From the NCBI GenBank assembly GCA_021107635.1, contig JAIOSL010000043.1, positions 9,873 to 73,872 on the forward strand: a stretch of DNA of 64,000 nucleotides, written 5' to 3'. The notes under the pieces were generated by a model. That model was given only the letters and a program-made list of their open reading frames with translations. It was not told the origin of the DNA and did not search any database. Positions 1 to 9,120 of the stretch are shown here, piece after piece. Both the position numbers and the translations under genes were made by a program. The stretch's first letter is position 1, and every line of letters starts with the position of its first letter. Source of the DNA: an archaeon. GTDB lineage: Archaea; B1Sed10-29; WALL01; JAGHAM01.

Positions 1-691
1 CATCTCCTTTACGCACTGGAATACCAAGCTTACTCAAAAACAATTCACACGCTTCCTCATCCCCAGTCAAACCAGGAAAGAAAGGCTCAGAAGAAAAAGA
101 CAAGAATTGTGCTAAAGGCCTTGAATGTCTACCATACAAACTGATATCCTTTCTTGATTCAATTAAACCTGCTTTAATACCATCAGCTAAAATATCCCTA
201 TTTTTTCCAACCAGTGCGCCTGTAGAATCCTGCATGTCACCTACAGCACCAACTAAAGCTATTGGAGATAAATCTATGTTCTTTGGATCAAGAGCTTTCG
301 CAACCAAGTAAGTACATCCTGAACCAGAAATTTCTTTCGCACCATCCCAGCCAACTAAATGTGCATTAAAATGAGGTTTGTCTGTCTGGCTTAGTGTTTC
401 ATGATGATCAATAATGCCATAAGAAGAAAAATTCTTTTCTATGAGTGGAATCTGACCAGAACCCAAATCCACAAACAAATAATTTTCCCCTAAATCTTTT
501 AGAATTCCAAGACGCTCTTCGTCTAATTGCCTTGTCGGCTGGATGCGCTTTTTCTTGCCTAACCGCTCTAACATCAAAGAAGCGATCGCTCCAGCAGTCA
601 AACCATCAGCATCATAGTGACAAACCACTGCAAAATCATCTTTAGATTTTAGATATTTCAACATAGACTTTAAAGGTTCCAAAATAAACAC
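1..691 (-). CDS. RecJ-like DHH phosphoesterase (C-terminus runs off the window)
   Basis: Manual translation of the minus strand: VCHYDADGLTAG, FVDLGSG, IIDHH, EISGSGCTYLVA, ALVGAVGDMQD. Start is GTG 691 or ATG 664. Not in the ORF track. Confidence 0.9.
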   Translation of the reverse strand, partial: MFILEPLKSMLKYLKSKDDFAVVCHYDADGLTAGAIASLMLERLGKKKRIQPTRQLDEERLGILKDLGENYLFVDLGSGQIPLIEKNFSSYGIIDHHETLSQTDKPHFNAHLVGWDGAKEISGSGCTYLVAKALDPKNIDLSPIALVGAVGDMQDSTGALVGKNRDILADGIKAGLIESRKDISLYGRHSRPLAQFLSFSSEPFFPGLTGDEEACELFLSKLGIPVRKGD

Positions 692-775
692 CGCGTCTTT
701 TTTTAGCGAAAGACTACTATTTATAGGCTCTGGACATGCCTCATTTATAAATACCTTGACCCTAAAATAACCATA

Positions 776-2011
776 ATGGTGGGGGTAATAGAAGTAAGCA
801 TCTTTTTTGTAGGCCTAGTAATAGGTTTGGTGATAGCTCTAATCCTAACACACAAAAAATTTAGATTTTACCTGCCAAAACAAAAAGATCCCTGGGCACA
901 CCTAGAACAAATATCAAAAGAACGTGCAGAAATAAGAGCCAAACAAAAAGCACTACAAAAAGCATTTTCAAATCGGACAATTGATGAAGCAATTTTCGTT
1001 TCCAAAGACGCAGAATACACTCACCTCATAGAAAAATATGATGTTGAAATAGAAACAATTATAAACAGAATTGCATACTCTGAATTACCAGAAGAATTAA
1101 AGAAATCACAAGAACAACTGAGACAAGCAGGAGACATTAGAACACTAGCAAAAACGATAAAACAACTTGAAAAAGAAAAAATCGAGCTCCAACACCAAAT
1201 GGAAAACAAACAAATACAAATGAGAGACATTGACGAAGAACGAAAAAGAACACTAGCAAAAAAGAACCAGCTCGAAGAAAAATATGATGCAATAGGCGAA
1301 GAAATGAAAAAAGAAAAAAATAAAGTAGAAAAACTTTCAAAAACCAGGGAAAAACTAGAAGATCGAATCTCAGACCTGGAAGCGAAAGAAAGTCCAAGCG
1401 AAGAATTAAACAACCTAAAAAGAGAAAATCGCTTACTGCGCGAAAGTCTTGAAGAAAAAAACAAACGCATGAATCAACTATCCAAAAATCTTGGCGTGCT
1501 CAAAACAGTGTTTGACAAATATACGGACATAATAGAAGAAAAAGAATCCAAAACTGCAGAAGAATTAAAACGTTTAGTCCAACCAAACAACCAAGGAATA
1601 ATATCTGTTGCCAAAGCATACAACACACCAAAAAAAGCCTTTGAATTTGTCAGAGACAACATAAGTGAAGTCACACCTAACATTTCTGCAACCTACTGGC
1701 TAACAGTAGATGACATGTTAAGATTAAGAGCAGCAGACACAGAAGATGAATCCATCCTACTTTGTTCACTCTTAAGAACACTAGGAGAAAATGCTCATGT
1801 TATAGTCGTTGAACTTGACAGAGGAACAGTAAAAACCATAGTATCACTAGAAGATAGAATCCTAGACCCAAGCATCAAAAGCAACTTTGATGATTACGTA
1901 GGAATAAGCGAAGAAGAAGCACTCAAAAAATATATGTTCAACGGAGAATTCGTAAAACAAGTACTCTACAGATTCAACGACAAAAACTACCAAACACAAG
2001 GGGAACAATAA
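776..2011 (+). CDS. Membrane-anchored coiled-coil protein with C-terminal degenerate transglutaminase-like domain
   Basis: N-terminal TM helix, long E/K coiled coil, then AFEFVRDNI...AADTEDESILLCSLLRTLG...ILDPS. Confidence 0.65.
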   Translation: MVGVIEVSIFFVGLVIGLVIALILTHKKFRFYLPKQKDPWAHLEQISKERAEIRAKQKALQKAFSNRTIDEAIFVSKDAEYTHLIEKYDVEIETIINRIAYSELPEELKKSQEQLRQAGDIRTLAKTIKQLEKEKIELQHQMENKQIQMRDIDEERKRTLAKKNQLEEKYDAIGEEMKKEKNKVEKLSKTREKLEDRISDLEAKESPSEELNNLKRENRLLRESLEEKNKRMNQLSKNLGVLKTVFDKYTDIIEEKESKTAEELKRLVQPNNQGIISVAKAYNTPKKAFEFVRDNISEVTPNISATYWLTVDDMLRLRAADTEDESILLCSLLRTLGENAHVIVVELDRGTVKTIVSLEDRILDPSIKSNFDDYVGISEEEALKKYMFNGEFVKQVLYRFNDKNYQTQGEQ

Positions 2012-2187
2012 TGACTGCAAAAATAGATAAAAACAAATGCTGCTATTGTGGAGGATGTACCTCAGTATGCCCAGTAGGAGCCCTGCAACTTAAAGAAACA
2101 TACATAGAATGCGACGCAACCAAATGCATCAATTGTGGCGCATGTCAAAAAATATGTCCAGTAGGAGCAATAAAGGTGGAAAAATGA
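2011..2187 (+). CDS. 2[4Fe-4S] ferredoxin (58 aa)
   Basis: MTAKIDKNKCCYCGGCTSVCPVGAL...CINCGACQKICPVGAIKVEK, with two CxxCxxCxxxCP motifs. Overlaps both neighbours. Not in the ORF track. Confidence 0.92.
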   Translation: MTAKIDKNKCCYCGGCTSVCPVGALQLKETYIECDATKCINCGACQKICPVGAIKVEK

Positions 2188-3395
2188 ACTACGATAAAGA
2201 ATGGGACGTCATAATTGTAGGTGCAGGACCCGGCGGAAACAAATGTGCAGAAGCATTTGCAAAACGTGGAATGAAAACTATAGTCATAGATCGCAAACAA
2301 GAAATAGGCACGCCGAAACGCTGCGGAGAAGGGCTTTCAATGCGATGGATAAAAATCGCTGAACAAGAACCCTGTCCACGCTGGGCACTCCAAGAAATCC
2401 ACGGAGCCATACTAATTTCTCCCACAGGCAAAAAAATCGAAATAGATACCCGAAAAACAGGACAAACAGGATACATAATCGAACGCAAAATGTGGGAAAA
2501 AGAACTCGCCGCTAATGCTATAAGAGCAGGCGCAAAATACATGCTCAAAGCTCTAGTAACAGAACTAATCAAAAAAGAAGATCAAATAGTAGGCGTGAAA
2601 GTCAACCACGAAAGCCAAGACCTCAAACTTCACGCTAAACTAGTAATCGCAGCAGATGGAATAGACTCGCTAATAGCAAGACAAGCAGGACTCAACACAC
2701 AACTACCACTCACAGAATGTGACTCTGGCTATCAATACGAAATGGCAGGAATTAAACCATTAGACCCACACAAAATGGAATTATACTTTGGCAACGAAGT
2801 ATCGCCTAGAGGATACGTTTGGATATTCCCAAAAAGTGAAGACACAGCCAACGTTGGCATAGGCATACGCGGAGACCTTGATAAAACAGCAAAAGAATAC
2901 CTAGACGAATGGATAGAAAAGAACACAGAACGCTTCGAAAAAGCAAGCATAATAGAAATTAATTCAGGAGTCATACCCGTAACTGCCCCAATACCAGAAA
3001 AAGTTGCCAATGGCTTAATGGTAATCGGCGACGCAGCCAGAATGGTCAATCCCATCCATGGTGGAGGAATCGGCTCAGCAATGGAAGCAGGAATGCTCGC
3101 AGCAGAAGTAGGCACAAACGCAATCAAAGAAAACGATTTATCAGCAAACCGCCTGAAAGAATATCAAGAACGCTGGGAAGAACTCAGAGGAAAAGAATTC
3201 AAAAAAATACTTAAAGTCAGACAATTCTTTGAAAAACTAGACGACGAACAAATGGAAATAATAGCAGATTCAGTAGAACCACAAACTCTTTTAGACCTAG
3301 GACATGGAAAAGGACTGAAAAAAATTCTTGCTATCATGACACAAATGGGACCAGCAAGCGCAAAACTTGCAATGTCATTCCTCAAAAAACTCTAA
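2184..3395 (+). CDS. Digeranylgeranylglycerophospholipid reductase (geranylgeranyl reductase family)
   Basis: DVIIVGAGPGG FAD motif, PKRCGEG, GYVWIFPK, IGDAARMVNPIHGGGI. Start at ATG 2184 overlapping the ferredoxin stop. Confidence 0.9.
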   Translation: MNYDKEWDVIIVGAGPGGNKCAEAFAKRGMKTIVIDRKQEIGTPKRCGEGLSMRWIKIAEQEPCPRWALQEIHGAILISPTGKKIEIDTRKTGQTGYIIERKMWEKELAANAIRAGAKYMLKALVTELIKKEDQIVGVKVNHESQDLKLHAKLVIAADGIDSLIARQAGLNTQLPLTECDSGYQYEMAGIKPLDPHKMELYFGNEVSPRGYVWIFPKSEDTANVGIGIRGDLDKTAKEYLDEWIEKNTERFEKASIIEINSGVIPVTAPIPEKVANGLMVIGDAARMVNPIHGGGIGSAMEAGMLAAEVGTNAIKENDLSANRLKEYQERWEELRGKEFKKILKVRQFFEKLDDEQMEIIADSVEPQTLLDLGHGKGLKKILAIMTQMGPASAKLAMSFLKKL

Positions 3396-3428
3396 CTATT
3401 TAATACTCTCCCAGCCTAATCAAAAAAG

Positions 3429-4364
3429 ATGAAAAAGCCCTACGCAACGCTACTCATAATACTCATAGCAACAGCTACATACCTAACAATGTCTCAAGGC
3501 AACCTCTACGTAAACCCAGTAACAAAAATGTACGACTATGGAGTCAAACGTGACCCAATCTGCGAACGCTGGGAAAACAACACCTGCAGAGAATACGTCT
3601 GCGCAAAAACAGAAAACAACACTTGCAAAGAATACGCCTACCAAATAAACTACCTAGGCGCGTTCACATACTCATTCATGCACATAGTAATCAAACACCT
3701 ACTAATAAACATGATAATGCTCCTAGCCATACGCTGGGTAATAGAAACCAAACTAGAAAAAAAACTATTGATAGGCATCTTCTTATTCTCTGGAATACTT
3801 GCAGGCCTAGGTTATGCACTAGCAAACCCACACAGTTGGGTAATAGGAGCTTCAGCAGGCGTAGCAGGAATGCTCGTAGCAGCATACCTAGTCGACGTGA
3901 AAAAAACAATCATAGTCCTCACAGGCTCAGTACTATTACTTTCTTGCATAGTACTCCCACTAACAGATTATACAATACACCAGTTAACCACAAGCCATGA
4001 ACAACAACTCAACAACACCCAACAAGAAATACAAAAAATAAACGAAACCATAAAACAAGTAGAAAAAACCATACAAGAAAAACAAGAAAAAGGAGAAAAT
4101 GCCACTCAAGAAATCAAACAAATACAAAACCTAACCAAACAACTAAACCAAACAATAATCAAAAAAGAAACAGTAACAACAGAAAAAGAAACAATAAAAG
4201 AAGGCTCAGAAAAAGAAAAAGAAACACCCGCCTCAGACCTAATACATATGCTAGGAGCACTATTTGGAATAGTCTACATGCTAGCATTCAAAAGAATATC
4301 CTTCGAATGGTTCATAACAGACCTCAAAAAATACTGGAACTGGATGAAAAAGAAATGGCACTAA
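3429..4364 (+). CDS. Rhomboid-family intramembrane serine protease with Cys-rich and coiled-coil insertions
   Basis: FMH...HLLINM, GASAG (catalytic Ser), IHMLGALFG (catalytic His). Confidence 0.75.
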   Translation: MKKPYATLLIILIATATYLTMSQGNLYVNPVTKMYDYGVKRDPICERWENNTCREYVCAKTENNTCKEYAYQINYLGAFTYSFMHIVIKHLLINMIMLLAIRWVIETKLEKKLLIGIFLFSGILAGLGYALANPHSWVIGASAGVAGMLVAAYLVDVKKTIIVLTGSVLLLSCIVLPLTDYTIHQLTTSHEQQLNNTQQEIQKINETIKQVEKTIQEKQEKGENATQEIKQIQNLTKQLNQTIIKKETVTTEKETIKEGSEKEKETPASDLIHMLGALFGIVYMLAFKRISFEWFITDLKKYWNWMKKKWH

Positions 4365-5368
4365 CAAACCTAGAAATTCACTGGCTCACAGAAGAACTGA
4401 CTTGCCTGCAAGGCTGCTTCTTCGAAAAAATGCAAGACATAAAAGAAGGACACAAATTCCGATTCACAGCTCATGACCTAATAATCGCACTCCCAGAAAG
4501 AATACACTTAACACGCTACCCATACACAGCAAGCACACCATCCAACCTTGCAATGTACGCTAGAAAACACCTGAAAGGAAGCAAAGTCAAAAAAGTAAGC
4601 CAACAAGGCTTTGATCGAGTCATAACCATAGAACTAGAAAACGGCTTCTCAATAATAATCGAACTCTTCGCAAAAGGAAATATCATCATAACCAATGAAA
4701 ACAAAACCAAACACTGCCTCAGAAGAGAATCATGGAAAGACAGAGAAATCAAACCAACCAAAGAATACAAATACCCCCAATCAAACAAACTCAACCCAAA
4801 AAAAATGACACAACAAGAATTCAACGAAATATTCAAAATAGACACAATAAGAAGCCTAGTAAAAAACATTAACATGAGCGGGAAATACTTAGAAGAAGTA
4901 TGCAGACACGCAAAAGTAGACAAACTCTCAAAAAATCCATCTGGAAAAGAAAAAACCATGCTCTTCAAAGAAATCAAAAAACTACTAGAAGAACATAAAC
5001 CAGGCCTACAATCAGAACCAGTTGCAACCAAACTAACCATACCAGAAGACTATACACCAAAAGAAACACTTAACCAAGCAATAGACGATTACTACTCACC
5101 AGAAGAAAACAAAGAGATAGCAACCTTCCCAAAACTAGAAAAACGCTTGAAAAAACAAGAAGAAAGCCTCCAAGAACTAAAAAAAAGAGCTATTGAAACC
5201 AAACAAAAAGGAGACCTCATATACGCACACTTTAATGAATTACAAACCATGCTCGCAAAAGCAAACCAACTTAAAAAACAAGGAAAAACATGGAAAGAAA
5301 TAGAAACAGAACTAGGAATAACAATAAACACAAAAACCAGAAAAACCAAAATAACATTAAGTGAATAA
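4355..5368 (+). CDS. NFACT/Rqc2 (RqcH) N-terminal half
   Basis: PSNLAMYARKHLKG, QQGFDRVI, IIELFAKGNII, HhH-like segment and coiled coil. Start at ATG 4355. Confidence 0.8.
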   Translation: MALTNLEIHWLTEELTCLQGCFFEKMQDIKEGHKFRFTAHDLIIALPERIHLTRYPYTASTPSNLAMYARKHLKGSKVKKVSQQGFDRVITIELENGFSIIIELFAKGNIIITNENKTKHCLRRESWKDREIKPTKEYKYPQSNKLNPKKMTQQEFNEIFKIDTIRSLVKNINMSGKYLEEVCRHAKVDKLSKNPSGKEKTMLFKEIKKLLEEHKPGLQSEPVATKLTIPEDYTPKETLNQAIDDYYSPEENKEIATFPKLEKRLKKQEESLQELKKRAIETKQKGDLIYAHFNELQTMLAKANQLKKQGKTWKEIETELGITINTKTRKTKITLSE

Positions 5369-5753
5369 CATGAAAAAAATCAGGAGAGCAGTATATAACA
5401 GAGAAGGCCCACACAGAATGGAAGGAACCATGATAAAAATGCTTCACAACGAAAAAATTGGAAACTATGCGTTCATTCACAAAAATAGAGCTGAAAAACT
5501 AGGATTCAAAAAAGAACATATTACAAGCCATAGTATGAGAATAGAAGAAACTACTACCGAACAACTAAAAAGCACTGACCTAGTAAGTAAAAAAGGTTGG
5601 ATAACAGAAAAAGCAAAAACTGAACAAGGACAAGAATTACATTTAGTAACAATACCAGACAACCATGAAGTGCTAACAGGACTACTAGAAAAAGTAAAAA
5701 AAGGACAAGAACCAGAAATAAAAAAAGGTTCTTACCACTTTAAAATCTTTTAG
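5361..5753 (+). CDS. Hypothetical Lys-rich protein
   Basis: Fills the gap between neighbours with plus-strand coding-like composition. No motif recognised. Confidence 0.5.
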   Translation: MNNMKKIRRAVYNREGPHRMEGTMIKMLHNEKIGNYAFIHKNRAEKLGFKKEHITSHSMRIEETTTEQLKSTDLVSKKGWITEKAKTEQGQELHLVTIPDNHEVLTGLLEKVKKGQEPEIKKGSYHFKIF

Positions 5754-8202
5754 ACACAAAGAAAGCTAACCCAGGCAATATAACAATCATCAACAAAAGC
5801 ATTGTCAAAGGATACTCACTGCCAGTATACTCAGTATCAACTTCAATAACAAAACTAGTCCTAGTCAAATTATAAAGCATAGAACCATCAGCCAAACTAT
5901 AAATACTTGCATTAGTAGTATACTGTCCAGAATCAGGAGGCACCCAAGAGAAACCCTTATAACGCATAGTTGAACCAGGAAGAACCGCTTCATCACTTGA
6001 ATTATCAAAGACTAAGTCGCCGCTTGAATTAAACACTCTAAAGATAATTTCATAACCCTCTCCTTGACCACCACGATTAGAAACTAAAACAAAAGACTCT
6101 GAAGTTATCCCACGTACTATAGGCTGAACCAACTCAATCTCCTCAACCACCAACTGAGCAGGAGGCAAATCCACTACAATCACAGTTGGATCATTATCAG
6201 AAATTCTACTAGTCCTATTAGTAACCACTAAATCTACAGCATAAGATCCTGGAGCACCACACGGAAAATCAGGAGTTATTTCAGCACTATGCCAAACACC
6301 AAAAGCAGCAGGACCCCTAACAGTCCAATAAAACTCAAAAATGGTACCAAGAGCAGCTTCACTACAAGAATGCATTGGAACACACTCACAAGAAGTCAAA
6401 TTTTGACAAGAGCCAGTGGCATCAAGAGAGATAACCTGGCCAGAGAAACAACTATATGTACCACCTGCATCTGCTAAAGGCTCAGAAGCAAAGAAAGAAA
6501 TGTTCCACAAATCAATCCGAGGAGTCTCCCCATAAACATCAGTAAACATCTCACCATACAAAACCACAGAAGGAACATCCACAACATTAACATCAGTCAT
6601 ATCAACACATTGCACCTCAGAAACACCAGAAAAAAAATCAGAACAATCAGGACACTCAGTACTATTAATAAGAAAACCAGACCCATTCAACACATAAAAA
6701 GTAGAATTAGTGTCTGATGTTCCAGAATCATGAAGGTTATCAAAACAAAAACGCCCCCAACCTTTTAACGGTTCTGTTGCCGTACCCGGTATATACTCAT
6801 ATGAACTGATATGACCACTTCGGTAAGCACCAAAACTGTTAATATCAGTTATTTCAATTTCTCCGCCAGAACTAGAACCAATAGAAATGTTTATTTCACA
6901 AAATTTCTCTTCAGTAATCGGATCTGTCACGTTAGTACAAGCAGCACAACTACAAACAGGACTCGTCTGCAAATGATACATAAGCCACGGAGCAATATTC
7001 ACAACATTCCCAAACCCAAGTTCTCCAGATTTAATCCACTCTTGAGTACCATTCCCACCAACATCAATATACACATCCTCAGGAGTATTAAACGCAATAT
7101 TTCGTGCAATCATCTCATAAATTTGACTAAGCTCAGCCGCATCAGGTGCAAAAAAGTAATACCCCCTAGCATCAGTACCAGAAGCATTAACAGCAGCAGC
7201 CATCGCAGTCAAAGTACCAACATCAGCACCACTCCCAAAACCAATAACATACAAAGAGATATTAGCAGCTCCGACTTCTCCTGACTTTGAAATAGCTTCA
7301 AGAATAGCAGCAGCAGTATCTGGAGGAGCATCACAATAATCATCAATTCCACCACATAACCCAGTAGACCAACAAGTACCCAATACATCTCTTGCTTGCC
7401 CATCAGTCATCAATAAAATAACCTTATTATCAGACAAAGTATAATCATCTAAAAGAGCCATAGAAACGTTAAGACCAGCACTTATAGGCGTATCGCCATA
7501 AGCAGTATAAGAATCAACACTAGAACTCAAAGAAATATTGTCATCACTCATACAATGAGTAACCTCAGCATGTGCCCTACGCGGCGAACCACTCCAATAA
7601 CCATAAGAAACCAACCCTAATCTAGTATCTGAATGCTCACTTCCATTCAAAACAGTAAAAGTAAAAAGTTTATCCGCATCCTTCGCATCACACATCTTAC
7701 AACCACAAGCACAACCCGGACCAACACAAGTAGCAGGATTACAATCCCCACAAGGATTTGCAGTAGACCCCCCAGAAGACCAAGGATCCCCCGGAGAACC
7801 ATCATAACAATCAAAATACATACTCCCAGAAACATCCGTAGAAACAACAGCACCAACAGGCCTAGGCTCATTAATATCAAGAACCAAACCAGTCATATTT
7901 ATCTCAAAAGTTGTGATGTTAATATCAAGAGGAAGACGTATCAGCATAGTAGAATTTTCACTGGATTGTGCAATTGAGATATTAATTTCAGAAGAACCAT
8001 CAGACAAATTAATCTCATAAGCATCAGCCAAACCCATATACCCACCAAAAAGACTACAAGTATGGTTATGACCAGTTGAATTATCATCGTCAATCAAATT
8101 AGTTTTAGCAGTACCTATGCAAAAAGTATCTTCCTGAAAACCAGAAAAACACAAGGGCAAAAGAATCAACAAAATCAACAAACCAGACGCAACTTTAATC
8201 AT
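5740..8202 (-). CDS. Secreted vWA-domain surface glycoprotein (PKD/CARDB-like domains, C-terminal TM anchor), copy 1
   Basis: Signal peptide, MIDAS residues DVSGS / GDTP / MTDG, ADAGGTY and PGSYAVDLVV PKD-like motifs, many NxS/T sequons, SEYP-TM-KRF tail. Confidence 0.8.
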   Translation of the reverse strand: MIKVASGLLILLILLPLCFSGFQEDTFCIGTAKTNLIDDDNSTGHNHTCSLFGGYMGLADAYEINLSDGSSEINISIAQSSENSTMLIRLPLDINITTFEINMTGLVLDINEPRPVGAVVSTDVSGSMYFDCYDGSPGDPWSSGGSTANPCGDCNPATCVGPGCACGCKMCDAKDADKLFTFTVLNGSEHSDTRLGLVSYGYWSGSPRRAHAEVTHCMSDDNISLSSSVDSYTAYGDTPISAGLNVSMALLDDYTLSDNKVILLMTDGQARDVLGTCWSTGLCGGIDDYCDAPPDTAAAILEAISKSGEVGAANISLYVIGFGSGADVGTLTAMAAAVNASGTDARGYYFFAPDAAELSQIYEMIARNIAFNTPEDVYIDVGGNGTQEWIKSGELGFGNVVNIAPWLMYHLQTSPVCSCAACTNVTDPITEEKFCEINISIGSSSGGEIEITDINSFGAYRSGHISSYEYIPGTATEPLKGWGRFCFDNLHDSGTSDTNSTFYVLNGSGFLINSTECPDCSDFFSGVSEVQCVDMTDVNVVDVPSVVLYGEMFTDVYGETPRIDLWNISFFASEPLADAGGTYSCFSGQVISLDATGSCQNLTSCECVPMHSCSEAALGTIFEFYWTVRGPAAFGVWHSAEITPDFPCGAPGSYAVDLVVTNRTSRISDNDPTVIVVDLPPAQLVVEEIELVQPIVRGITSESFVLVSNRGGQGEGYEIIFRVFNSSGDLVFDNSSDEAVLPGSTMRYKGFSWVPPDSGQYTTNASIYSLADGSMLYNLTRTSFVIEVDTEYTGSEYPLTMLLLMIVILPGLAFFVSKRF

Positions 8203-9049
8203 CAGAATCACCTACAAAAGAAAAACACAAAGCACCATCAACTGTACTGTTAAAAACCAAAACCCAGTCGTTCAAAGTAATATTCTCACCAGGATTCAAA
8301 ACCTTAGTTTCTTCAACACCGAAATGATTAACCAAAACTTCAACAGCACCCTCAGAACCACCTTCTGAAAAAGACGCAGAAAACAAATAATCACCAATCT
8401 TAACCGTCTGGCCACTCAAAACTGAAAACTTCTCTTCAACCTCCAACTCAGGATAATCCAACTTTAACCAAACACCATGATACACTTTTTTCAAAACAGA
8501 AAGCTCATAAGAATTAAGATTTGCCCCACTCCAATACCAAATATCAAAAACTTCACCTTCTTTTAAATTTAAAACATCCGTCCGATTATTAGGAAAAGCT
8601 ACATCCATACGCATTTTCACATAATCAGACAATTTGAAGTTAATACCATCAACAGTTACTTCCTGATTAAAACAAACAGAAAAATTCTCGCCCAAACTAG
8701 CCTTGCCAACACCGCTAGGATTCATGCAAGCACACTCCATAGGCAAGTCCTGCGGACAACTTACACAATCCTCCCTTGGATCAGCAATACCATTCCCACA
8801 AATCCACATTCCAGCATAAGGATCTCCAGAACCATTTTCAGTAACATTATTTTCTGGAGTGAAAGGAAGGACAGACCCATTAGAACCATTAGGATGAGCA
8901 CTGTTATTGACAGTCACATTAGGTAAAATCGGCTGAGTATCAGACATAGTCAAAACAAAAACTAAAACCAAAACAAACGACAATAAAATTAAACCAATAG
9001 CAACCTTAAGCAAACGAGGAGAAGTCCTAGCTATCAAACGTTTAACCAT
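8195..9049 (-). CDS. Membrane-anchored protein with CGNG..EDC.SCPQD Cys motif, copy 1
   Basis: N-terminal TM and WICGNGIADPREDCVSCPQD. Overlaps the vWA start. Paralog of 11537..12364. Confidence 0.7.
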   Translation of the reverse strand: MVKRLIARTSPRLLKVAIGLILLSFVLVLVFVLTMSDTQPILPNVTVNNSAHPNGSNGSVLPFTPENNVTENGSGDPYAGMWICGNGIADPREDCVSCPQDLPMECACMNPSGVGKASLGENFSVCFNQEVTVDGINFKLSDYVKMRMDVAFPNNRTDVLNLKEGEVFDIWYWSGANLNSYELSVLKKVYHGVWLKLDYPELEVEEKFSVLSGQTVKIGDYLFSASFSEGGSEGAVEVLVNHFGVEETKVLNPGENITLNDWVLVFNSTVDGALCFSFVGDSDD

Positions 9050-9120
9050 AAAAAAGCACCAACAAAACAAAAGAAATAGAGATATATAAAAGTGCCGGCA
9101 AACTCCCCTCCAAAAAATGA

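Noticed and set aside
445..645. 66-aa plus-strand ORF
   Set aside because: It is antisense to the clear DHH phosphoesterase gene.
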